DNA from: Eledone cirrhosa
Lineage: Eukaryota
NCBI GenBank assembly: GCA_964016885.1
Contig: CAXHJY010001253.1
Location: forward strand, 1-64,000
Reading direction: 5' to 3'
Length of the DNA: 64,000 nt
Part shown: in pieces, positions 29,114 to 41,300 of the stretch
Layout of the letters: every line of letters starts with the position of its first letter
Numbering within the stretch: position 1 is the first letter of the stretch
Program-made: the position numbers and the translations under genes
The notes under the pieces: generated by a model
What the model saw: the letters and a program-made list of their open reading frames with translations, nothing else
What the model was told of the DNA's origin: nothing
Databases searched by the model: none

Positions 29114-29281
29114 TCACACCACACACAACCAATGTGTGTCTGCACATGTACCAGTAATTACAGATCGATCCCACCACGAGTTCAATGTAAACAAACTTAC
29201 GCTCAACGACTTTGTTGACGTTTAACACGGTTTGGTTCCACAGCCACAACTATTGATTTTACGGAGATATCTTGCTGAAAT
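29114..29281 (+). repeat. Type-C 168-bp monomer (first of 10), in which a 29-bp linker replaces the core
   Basis: Linker AGTTCAATGTAAAC(A/T)AACTTACGCTCAAC starts at 29179, 30987, 32202, 33614, 35649, 36863, 38275, 60342, 62150 and 63562, always 103 bp before the next unit start. Confidence 0.95.
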
Positions 29282-32200
29282 TCACGCCACACATAGCCAA
29301 TGAGTGTCTGCACATGTACCAGTAATTACAGATCGATCCGACCAGGGGCGGCCGGCCCGCGATTGAAAAGGTAACTCCGCCGGCAAATCGTCATTTTTGG
29401 ATTCGTTTTCTTCGAAGCACACCATTCGCCGGCGGACTTTGTTGACGTTTAACACGGTTTGGTTCCACAGCCACAACTATTGATTTTAAGGAGATATCTT
29501 GCTGAAATTCACGCCACACATAGCCAATGAGTGTCTGCACATGTACCAGTAATTACAGATCGATCCGACCAGGGGCGGCCGGCCCGCGATTGAAAAGGTA
29601 ACTCCGCCGGCAAATCGTCATTTTTGTGATTCGTTTTCTTCGAAGCACACCATTCGCCGGCGGACTTTGTTGACGTTTAACACGGTTTGGTTCCACAGCC
29701 ACAACTATTGATTTTAAGGAGATATCTTGCTGAAATTCACGCCACACATAGCCAATGAGTGTCTGCATATGTACCAGTAATTACAGATCGATCCGACCAC
29801 GGACGGCCGGCCCGCGATTGAAAAGGTAACTCCGCCGGCAAATCGTCATTTTCGGATTCGTTTTCTTCGAAGCACACCATTCGCCGGCGGACTTCAGCTG
29901 CCTCATTTAGCATGGGCAGTTTTTCTTGAAGATCACACCACACACAGCCAATGAGTGTCTGCACATGTACCAGTAATTACAGATGGATCCCACCACGGGC
30001 GGCCGGCCCACAATCGAAAAGGTTACTCCGCCTGCAAATCGTCATTTTCGGATTCGTTTTCTTCGAAGCACACCATTCGCCGGCGGACTTCAGCTGCCTC
30101 ATTTAGCATGGGCAGTTTTTCTTGAAGATCACACCACACACAGCCAATGAGTGTCTGCACATGTACCAGTAATTAGAGATCGATCCGACCACGGGCGGCC
30201 GGCCCACGATCGAGAAAAAGGTAACTCCGCCGGCAAATCGTCATTTTTGTGATCCGTTTTCTTCGAAGCACACCATTCGCCGCCGGACTTCAGCTGCCTC
30301 ATTTAGCATGGGCAGTTTTTTTTGAAAATCACACCACACACAACCAATGTGTGTCTGCACATGTACCAGTAATTACAGATCGATCCGACCACGGGCGGCC
30401 GGCCCGCGATTGAAAAGGTAACTCCGCCGGCAAATCGTCATTTTTGTGATTCGTTTTCTTCGAAGCACACCATTCGCCGCCGGACTTCAGCTGCCTCATT
30501 TAACATGGGCAGTTTTTTTTTAAAATCACACCACATACAACCAATGTGTGTCTGCACATGTACCAGTAATTACAGATCGATCCCACCACGGGCGGCCGGC
30601 CCACAATCGAAAAGGTTACTCCGCCTGCAAATCGTCATTTTCGGATTCGTTTTCTTCGAAGCACACCATTCGCCGCCGGACTTCAGCTGCCTCATTTAGC
30701 ATGGGCAGTTTTTCTTGAAGATCACACCACACACAGCCAATGAGTGTCTGCACATGTACCAGTAATTAGAGATCGATCCGACCACGGGCGGCCGGCCCAC
30801 GATCGAGAAAAAGGTAACTCCGCCGGCAAATCGTCATTTTTGTGATCCGTTTTCTTCGAAGCACACCATTCGCCGCCGGACTTCAGCTGCCTCATTTAGC
30901 ATGGGCAGTTTTTTTTGAAAATCACACCACACACAACCAATGTGTTTCTGCACATGTACCAGTAATTACAGATCGATCCCACCACGAGTTCAATGTAAAC
31001 TAACTTACGCTCAACGACTTTGTTGACGTTTAACACGGTTTGGTTCCACAGCCACAACTATTGATTTTAAGGAGATATCTTGCTGAAATTCACGCCACAC
31101 ATAGCCAATGAGTGTCTGCACATGTACCAGTAATTACAGATCGATCCGACCACGGGCGGCCAGCCCGCGATTGAAAAGGTAACTCCGCCGGCAAATCGTC
31201 ATTTTTGGATTCGTTTTCTTCGAAGCACACCATTCGCCGGCGGACTTTGTTGACGTTTAACACGGTTTGGTTCCACAGCCACAACTATTGATTTTAAGGA
31301 GATATCTTGCTGAAATTCACGCCACACATAGCCAATGAGTGTCTGCACATGTACCAGTAATTACAGATCGATCCGACCAGGGGCGGCCGGCCCGCGATTG
31401 AAAAGGTAACTCCGCCGGCAAATCGTCATTTTTGGATTCGTTTTCTTGGAAGCACACCATTCGCCGGCGGACTTTGTTGACGTTTAACACGGTTTGGTTC
31501 CACAGCCACAACTATTGATTTTAAGGAGATATCTTGCTGAAATTCACGCCACACATAGCCAATGAGTGTCTGCACATGTACCAGTAATTACAGATCGATC
31601 CGACCACGGGCGGCCGGCCCGCGATTGAAAAAGTAACTCCGCCGGCAAATCGTCATTTTTGTGATCCGTTTTCTTCGAAGCACACCATTCGCCGCCGGAC
31701 TTCAGCTGCCTCATTTAGCATGGGCTGTTTTTTTTGAAAATCACACCACACACAACCAATGTGTGTCTGCACATGTACCAGTAATTACAGATCGATCCCC
31801 CCACGGGCGGCCGGCCCACAATCGAAAAGGTTACTCCGCCTGCAAATCGTCATTTTCGGATTCGTTTTCTTCGAAGCACACCATTCGCCGGCGGACTTCA
31901 GCTGCCTCATTTAGCATGGGCAGTTTTTCTTGAAGATCACACCACACACAGCCAATGAGTGTCTGCACATGTACCAGTAATTAGAGATCGATCCGACCAC
32001 GGGCGGCCGGCCCACGATCGAGAAAAAGGTAACTCCGCCGGCAAATCGTCATTTTTGTGATCCGTTTTCTTCGAAGCACACCATTCGCCGCCGGACTTCA
32101 GCTGCCTCATTTAGCATGGGCAGTTTTTTTTGAAAATCACACCACACACAACCAATGTGTTTCTGCACATGTACCAGTAATTACAGATCGATCCCACCAC

Positions 32201-35200
32201 GAGTTCAATGTAAACTAACTTACGCTCAACGACTTTGTTGACGTTTAACACGGTTTGGTTCCACAGCCACAACTATTGATTTTAAGGAGATATCTTGCTG
32301 AAATTCACGCCACACATAGCCAATGAGTGTCTGCACATGTACCAGTAATTACAGATCGATCCGACCACGGGCGGCCAGCCCGCGATTGAAAAGGTAACTC
32401 CGCCGGCAAATCGTCATTTTTGGATTCGTTTTCTTCGAAGCACACCATTCGCCGGCGGACTTTGTTGACGTTTAACACGGTTTGGTTCCACAGCCACAAC
32501 TATTGATTTTAAGGAGATATCTTGCTGAAATTCACGCCACACATAGCCAATGAGTGTCTGCACATGTACCAGTAATTACAGATCGATCCGACCAGGGGCG
32601 GCCGGCCCGCGATTGAAAAGGTAACTCCGCCGGCAAATCGTCATTTTTGGATTCGTTTTCTTGGAAGCACACCATTCGCCGGCGGACTTTGTTGACGTTT
32701 AACACGGTTTGGTTCCACAGCCACAACTATTGATTTTAAGGAGATATCTTGCTGAAATTCACGCCACACATAGCCAATGAGTGTCTGCACATGTACCAGT
32801 AATTACAGATCGATCCGACCACGGGCGGCCGGCCCGCGATTGAAAAAGTAACTCCGCCGGCAAATCGTCATTTTTGTGATCCGTTTTCTTCGAAGCACAC
32901 CATTCGCCGCCGGACTTCAGCTGCCTCATTTAGCATGGGCTGTTTTTTTTGAAAATCACACCACACACAACCAATGTGTGTCTGCACATGTACCAGTAAT
33001 TACAGATCGATCCCCCCACGGGCGGCCGGCCCACAATCGAAAAGGTTACTCCGCCTGCAAATCGTCATTTTCGGATTCGTTTTCTTCGAAGCACACCATT
33101 CGCCGGCGGACTTCAGCTGCCTCATTTAGCATGGGCAGTTTTTCTTGAAGATCACACCACACACAGCCAATGAGTGTCTGCACATGTACCAGTAATTAGA
33201 GATCGATCCGACCACGGGCGGCCGGCCCACGATCGAGAAAAAGGTAACTCCGCCGGCAAATCGTCATTTTTGTGATCCGTTTTCTTCGAAGCACACCATT
33301 CGCCGCCGGACTTCAGCTGCCTCATTTAGCATGGGCAGTTTTTTTTGAAAATCACACCACACACAACCAATGTGTGTCTGCACATGTACCAGTAATTACA
33401 GATCGATCTGACCACGGGCGGCCGGCCCGCGATTGAAAAGGTAACTCCGCCGGCAAATCGTCATTTTTGTGATTCGTTTTCTTCGAAGCACACCATTCGC
33501 CGCCGGACTTCAGCTGCCTCATTTAGCATGGGCAGTTTTTTTTGAAAATCATACCACACACAACCAATGTGTGTCTGCACATGTACCAGTAATTACAGAT
33601 CGATCCCACCACGAGTTCAATGTAAACAAACTTACGCTCAACGACTTTGTTGACGTTTAACACGGTTTGGTTCCACAGCCACAACTATTGATTTTACGGA
33701 GATATCTTGCTGAAATTCACGCCACACATAGCCAATGAGTGTCTGCACATGTACCAGTAATTACAGATCGATCCGACCACAGGCGGCCGGCCCGCGATTG
33801 AAAAGGTAACTCCGCCGGCAAATCGTCATTTTTGGATTCGTTTTCTTCGAAGCACACCATTCGCCGGCGGACTTTGTTGACGTTTAACACGGTTTGGTTC
33901 CACAGCCACAACTATTGATTTTACGGAGATATCTTGCTGAAATTCACGCCACACATAGCCAATGAGTGTCTGCACATGTACCAGTAATTACAGATCGATC
34001 CGACCAGGGGCGGCCGGCCCGCGATTGAAAAGGTAACTCCGCCGGCAAATCGTCATTTTTGGATTCGTTTTCTTCGAAGCACACCATTCGCCGGCGGACT
34101 TTGTTGACGTTTAACACGGTTTGGTTCCACAGCCACAACTATTGATTTTAAGGAGATATCTTGCTGAAATTCACGCCACACATAGCCAATGAGTGTCTGC
34201 ACATGTACCAGTAATTACAGATCGATCCGACCAGGGGCGGCCGGCCCGCGATTGAAAAGGTAACTCCGCCGGCAAATCGTCATTTTTGTGATTCGTTTTC
34301 TTCGAAGCACACCATTCGCCGGCGGACTTTGTTGACGTTTAACACGGTTTGGTTCCACAGCCACAACTATTGATTTTAAGGAGATATCTTGCTGAAATTC
34401 ACGCCACACATAGCCAATGAGTGTCTGCATATGTACCAGTAATTACAGATCGATCCGACCACGGACGGCCGGCCCGCGATTGAAAAGGTAACTCCGCCGG
34501 CAAATCGTCATTTTCGGATTCGTTTTCTTCGAAGCACACCATTCGCCGGCGGACTTCAGCTGCCTCATTTAGCATGGGCAGTTTTTCTTGAAGATCACAC
34601 CACACACAGCCAATGAGTGTCTGCACATGTACCAGTAATTACAGATGGATCCCACCACGGGCGGCCGGCCCACAATCGAAAAGGTTACTCCGCCTGCAAA
34701 TCGTCATTTTCGGATTCGTTTTCTTCGAAGCACACCATTCGCCGGCGGACTTCAGCTGCCTCATTTAGCATGGGCAGTTTTTCTTGAAGATCACACCACA
34801 CACAGCCAATGAGTGTCTGCACATGTACCAGTAATTAGAGATCGATCCGACCACGGGCGGCCGGCCCACGATCGAGAAAAAGGTAACTCCGCCGGCAAAT
34901 CGTCATTTTTGTGATCCGTTTTCTTCGAAGCACACCATTCGCCGCCGGACTTCAGCTGCCTCATTTAGCATGGGCAGTTTTTTTTGAAAATCACACCACA
35001 CACAACCAATGTGTGTCTGCACATGTACCAGTAATTACAGATCGATCCGACCACGGGCGGCCGGCCCGCGATTGAAAAGGTAACTCCGCCGGCAAATCGT
35101 CATTTTTGTGATTCGTTTTCTTCGAAGCACACCATTCGCCGCCGGACTTCAGCTGCCTCATTTAACATGGGCAGTTTTTTTTTAAAATCACACCACATAC

Positions 35201-38200
35201 AACCAATGTGTGTCTGCACATGTACCAGTAATTACAGATCGATCCCACCACGGGCGGCCGGCCCACAATCGAAAAGGTTACTCCGCCTGCAAATCGTCAT
35301 TTTCGGATTCGTTTTCTTCGAAGCACACCATTCGCCGCCGGACTTCAGCTGCCTCATTTAGCATGGGCAGTTTTTCTTGAAGATCACACCACACACAGCC
35401 AATGAGTGTCTGCACATGTACCAGTAATTAGAGATCGATCCGACCACGGGCGGCCGGCCCACGATCGAGAAAAAGGTAACTCCGCCGGCAAATCGTCATT
35501 TTTGTGATCCGTTTTCTTCGAAGCACACCATTCGCCGCCGGACTTCAGCTGCCTCATTTAGCATGGGCAGTTTTTTTTGAAAATCACACCACACACAACC
35601 AATGTGTTTCTGCACATGTACCAGTAATTACAGATCGATCCCACCACGAGTTCAATGTAAACTAACTTACGCTCAACGACTTTGTTGACGTTTAACACGG
35701 TTTGGTTCCACAGCCACAACTATTGATTTTAAGGAGATATCTTGCTGAAATTCACGCCACACATAGCCAATGAGTGTCTGCACATGTACCAGTAATTACA
35801 GATCGATCCGACCACGGGCGGCCAGCCCGCGATTGAAAAGGTAACTCCGCCGGCAAATCGTCATTTTTGGATTCGTTTTCTTCGAAGCACACCATTCGCC
35901 GGCGGACTTTGTTGACGTTTAACACGGTTTGGTTCCACAGCCACAACTATTGATTTTAAGGAGATATCTTGCTGAAATTCACGCCACACATAGCCAATGA
36001 GTGTCTGCACATGTACCAGTAATTACAGATCGATCCGACCAGGGGCGGCCGGCCCGCGATTGAAAAGTAACTCCGCCGGCAAATCGTCATTTTTGGATTC
36101 GTTTTCTTGGAAGCACACCATTCGCCGGCGGACTTTGTTGACGTTTAACACGGTTTGGTTCCACAGCCACAACTATTGATTTTAAGGAGATATCTTGCTG
36201 AAATTCACGCCACACATAGCCAATGAGTGTCTGCACATGTACCAGTAATTACAGATCGATCCGACCACGGGCGGCCGGCCCGCGATTGAAAAAGTAACTC
36301 CGCCGGCAAATCGTCATTTTTGTGATCCGTTTTCTTCGAAGCACACCATTCGCCGCCGGACTTCAGCTGCCTCATTTAGCATGGGCTGTTTTTTTTGAAA
36401 ATCACACCACACACAACCAATGTGTGTCTGCACATGTACCAGTAATTACAGATCGATCCCCCCACGGGCGGCCGGCCCACAATCGAAAAGGTTACTCCGC
36501 CTGCAAATCGTCATTTTCGGATTCGTTTTCTTCGAAGCACACCATTCGCCGGCGGACTTCAGCTGCCTCATTTAGCATGGGCAGTTTTTCTTGAAGATCA
36601 CACCACACACAGCCAATGAGTGTCTGCACATGTACCAGTAATTAGAGATCGATCCGACCACGGGCGGCCGGCCCACGATCGAGAAAAAGGTAACTCCGCC
36701 GGCAAATCGTCATTTTTGTGATCCGTTTTCTTCGAAGCACACCATTCGCCGCCGGACTTCAGCTGCCTCATTTAGCATGGGCAGTTTTTTTTGAAAATCA
36801 CACCACACACAACCAATGTGTTTCTGCACATGTACCAGTAATTACAGATCGATCCCACCACGAGTTCAATGTAAACTAACTTACGCTCAACGACTTTGTT
36901 GACGTTTAACACGGTTTGGTTCCACAGCCACAACTATTGATTTTAAGGAGATATCTTGCTGAAATTCACGCCACACATAGCCAATGAGTGTCTGCACATG
37001 TACCAGTAATTACAGATCGATCCGACCACGGGCGGCCAGCCCGCGATTGAAAAGGTAACTCCGCCGGCAAATCGTCATTTTTGGATTCGTTTTCTTCGAA
37101 GCACACCATTCGCCGGCGGACTTTGTTGACGTTTAACACGGTTTGGTTCCACAGCCACAACTATTGATTTTAAGGAGATATCTTGCTGAAATTCACGCCA
37201 CACATAGCCAATGAGTGTCTGCACATGTACCAGTAATTACAGATCGATCCGACCAGGGGCGGCCGGCCCGCGATTGAAAAGGTAACTCCGCCGGCAAATC
37301 GTCATTTTTGGATTCGTTTTCTTGGAAGCACACCATTCGCCGGCGGACTTTGTTGACGTTTAACACGGTTTGGTTCCACAGCCACAACTATTGATTTTAA
37401 GGAGATATCTTGCTGAAATTCACGCCACACATAGCCAATGAGTGTCTGCACATGTACCAGTAATTACAGATCGATCCGACCACGGGCGGCCGGCCCGCGA
37501 TTGAAAAAGTAACTCCGCCGGCAAATCGTCATTTTTGTGATCCGTTTTCTTCGAAGCACACCATTCGCCGCCGGACTTCAGCTGCCTCATTTAGCATGGG
37601 CTGTTTTTTTTGAAAATCACACCACACACAACCAATGTGTGTCTGCACATGTACCAGTAATTACAGATCGATCCCCCCACGGGCGGCCGGCCCACAATCG
37701 AAAAGGTTACTCCGCCTGCAAATCGTCATTTTCGGATTCGTTTTCTTCGAAGCACACCATTCGCCGGCGGACTTCAGCTGCCTCATTTAGCATGGGCAGT
37801 TTTTCTTGAAGATCACACCACACACAGCCAATGAGTGTCTGCACATGTACCAGTAATTAGAGATCGATCCGACCACGGGCGGCCGGCCCACGATCGAGAA
37901 AAAGGTAACTCCGCCGGCAAATCGTCATTTTTGTGATCCGTTTTCTTCGAAGCACACCATTCGCCGCCGGACTTCAGCTGCCTCATTTAGCATGGGCAGT
38001 TTTTTTTGAAAATCACACCACACACAACCAATGTGTGTCTGCACATGTACCAGTAATTACAGATCGATCTGACCACGGGCGGCCGGCCCGCGATTGAAAA
38101 GGTAACTCCGCCGGCAAATCGTCATTTTTGTGATTCGTTTTCTTCGAAGCACACCATTCGCCGCCGGACTTCAGCTGCCTCATTTAGCATGGGCAGTTTT

Positions 38201-38377
38201 TTTTGAAAATCATACCACACACAACCAATGTGTGTCTGCACATGTACCAGTAATTACAGATCGATCCCACCACGAGTTCAATGTAAACAAACTTACGCTC
38301 AACGACTTTGTTGACGTTTAACACGGTTTGGTTCCACAGCCACAACTATTGATTTTACGGAGATATCTTGCTGAAAT
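29282..38377 (+). repeat. ~4.66-kb tandem duplication inside island 1 (29282-33943 vs 33944 onward)
   Basis: Landmarks offset by 4662 (29737/34399, 30505/35167, 31090/35752), then by 4661 after a 1-bp deletion near 36067 (32305/36966, 33469/38130). Confidence 0.93.
31090..33351 (+). repeat. 1215-bp composite higher-order repeat (A-A-B-B-B-C), tandemly duplicated; also present at 35752/36966
   Basis: Offsets of 1215 at 31090/32305, 31317/32532 and 31661/32876. Shared private variants GGCCAGCCC, TCTTGGAAG, GGGCTGTTT and GATCCCCCCAC. Confidence 0.92.
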
Positions 38378-41300
38378 TCACGCCACCCATAGCCAATGAG
38401 TGTCTGCACATGTACCAGTAATTACAGATCGATCCGACCACGGGCGGCCGGCCCGCGATTGAAAAGGTAACTCCGCCGGCAAATCGTCATTTTTGGATTC
38501 GTTTTCTTCGAAGCACACCATTCGCCGGCGGACTTTGCTGACGTTTAACACGGTTTGGTTCCACAGCCACAACTATTGATTTTACGGAGATATCTTGCTG
38601 AAATTCACGCCACACATAGCCAATGAGTGTCTGCACATGTACCAGTAATTACAGATCGATCCGACCACAGGCGGCCGGCCCGCGATTGAAAAGGTAACTC
38701 CGCCGGCAAATCGTCATTTTTGGATTCGTTTTCTTCGAAGCACACCATTCGCCGGCGGACTTTGTTGACGTTTAACACGGTTTGGTTCCACAGCCACAAC
38801 TATTGATTTTACGGAGATATCTTGCTGAAATTCACGCCACCCATAGCCAATGAGTGTCTGCACATGTACCAGTAATTACAGATCGATACGACCACGGGCG
38901 GCCGGCCCGCGATTGAAAAGGTAACTCCGCCGGCAAATCGTCATTTTTGGATTCGTTTTCTTCGAAGCACACCATTCGCCGGCGGACTTTGCTGACGTTT
39001 AACACGGTTTGGTTCCACAGCCACAACTATTGATTTTACGGAGATATCTTGCTGAAATTCACGCCACCCATAGCCAATGAGTGTCTGCACATGTACCAGT
39101 AATTACAGATCGATCCGACCACGGGCGGCCGGCCCGCGATTGAAAAGGTAACTCCGCCGGCAAATCGTCATTTTTGGATTCGTTTTCTTCGAAGCACACC
39201 ATTCGCCGGCGGACTTTGTTGACGTTTAACACGGTTTGGTTCCACAGCCACAACTATTGATTTTACGGAGATATCTTGCTGAAATTCACGCCACCCATAG
39301 CCAATGAGTGTCTGCACATGTACCAGTAATTACAGATCGATCCGACCACGGGCGGCCGGCCCGCGATTGAAAAGGTAACTCCGCCGGCAAATCGTCATTT
39401 TTGGATTCGTTTTCTTCGAAGCACACCATTCGCCGGCGGACTTTGCTGACGTTTAACACGGTTTGGTTCCACAGCCACAACTATTGATTTTACGGAGATA
39501 TCTTGCTGAAATTCACGCCACCCATAGCCAATGAGTGTCTGCACATGTACCAGTAATTACAGATCGATCCGACCACGGGCGGCCGGGCCGTGATTGAAAA
39601 GGTAACTCCGCCGGCAAATCGTCATTTTTGGATTCGTTTTCTTCGAAGCACACCATTCGCCGGCGGACTTTGTTGACGTTTAACACGGTTTGGTTCCACA
39701 GCCACAACTATTGATTTTACGGAGATATCTTGCTGAAATTCACGCCACCCATAGCCAATGAGTGTCTGCACATGTACCAGTAATTACAGATCGACCCGAC
39801 CACGGGCGGCCGGCCCGCGATTGAAAAGGTAACTCCGCCGGCAAATCGTCATTTTTGGATTCGTTTTCTTCGAAGCACACCATTCGCCGGCGGACTTTGC
39901 TGACGTTTAACACGGTTTGGTTCCACAGCCACAACTATTGATTTTACGGAGATATCTTGCTGAAATTCACGCCACACATAGCCAATGAGTGTCTGCACAT
40001 GTACCAGTAATTACAGATCGATCCGACCACGGGCGGCCGGCCCGCGATTGAAAAGGTAACTCCGCCGGCAAATCGTCATTTTTGGATTCGTTTTCTTCGA
40101 AGCACACCATTCGCCGGCGGACTTTGTTGACGTTTAACACGGTTTGGTTCCACAGCCACAACTATTGATTTTACGGAGATATCTTGCTGAAATTCACGCC
40201 ACACATAGCCAATGAGTGTCTGCACATGTACCAGTAATTACAGATCGATCCGACCACGGGCGGCCGGCCCGCGATTGAAAAGGTAACTCCGCCGGCAAAT
40301 CGTCATTTTTGGATTCGTTTTCTTCGAAGCACACCATTCGCCGGCGGACTTTGTTGACGTTTAACACGGTTTGGTTCCACAGCCACAACTATTGATTTTA
40401 CGGAGATATCTTGCTGAAATTCACGCCACCCATAGCCAATGAGTGTCTGCACATGTACCAGTAATTACAGATCGATCCGACCACGGGCGGCCGGCCCGCG
40501 ATTGAAAAGGTAACTCCGCCGGCAAATCGTCATTTTTGGATTCGTTTTCTTCGAAGCACACCATTCGCCGGCGGACTTTGCTGACGTTTAACACGGTTTG
40601 GTTCCACAGCCACAACTATTGATTTTACGGAGATATCTTGCTGAAATTCACGCCACACATAGCCAATGAGTGTCTGCACATGTACCAGTAATTACAGATC
40701 GATCCGACCACAGGCGGCCGGCCCGCGATTGAAAAGGTAACTCCGCCGGCAAATCGTCATTTTTGGATTCGTTTTCTTCGAAGCACACCATTCGCCGGCG
40801 GACTTTGTTGACGTTTAACACGGTTTGGTTCCACAGCCACAACTATTGATTTTACGGAGATATCTTGCTGAAATTCACGCCACCCATAGCCAATGAGTGT
40901 CTGCACATGTACCAGTAATTACAGATCGATACGACCACGGGCGGCCGGCCCGCGATTGAAAAGGTAACTCCGCCGGCAAATCGTCATTTTTGGATTCGTT
41001 TTCTTCGAAGCACACCATTCGCCGGCGGACTTTGCTGACGTTTAACACGGTTTGGTTCCACAGCCACAACTATTGATTTTACGGAGATATCTTGCTGAAA
41101 TTCACGCCACCCATAGCCAATGAGTGTCTGCACATGTACCAGTAATTACAGATCGATCCGACCACGGGCGGCCGGCCCGCGATTGAAAAGGTAACTCCGC
41201 CGGCAAATCGTCATTTTTGGATTCGTTTTCTTCGAAGCACACCATTCGCCGGCGGACTTTGTTGACGTTTAACACGGTTTGGTTCCACAGCCACAACTAT

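Larger units (their letters stand above)
28326..38377 (+). repeat. Mixed island 1: 30 type-B (196/197/200 bp), 7 type-C (168 bp) and 13 type-A monomers
   Basis: Tail-B CAGCTGCCTCATTTAGCATGGGCAGTTTT first appears at 28484. Unit starts at 28326, 28522, 28718, 28918, 29114 (C), 29282 (A), etc. Counts were made by hand. Confidence 0.93.

Noticed and set aside
28326-29281. Helical or nucleosome meaning of the lengths 227/196/168 (A-B difference of 31 bp is about 3 turns)
   Set aside because: A numerical coincidence is likely. B lengths vary from 196 to 200 and no chromatin data are available.
36061-36070. 1-bp deletion (TGAAAAGTAAC) and the singleton substitution at 13859
   Set aside because: Single occurrences that cannot be told apart from consensus errors. 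They are useful only as landmarks.
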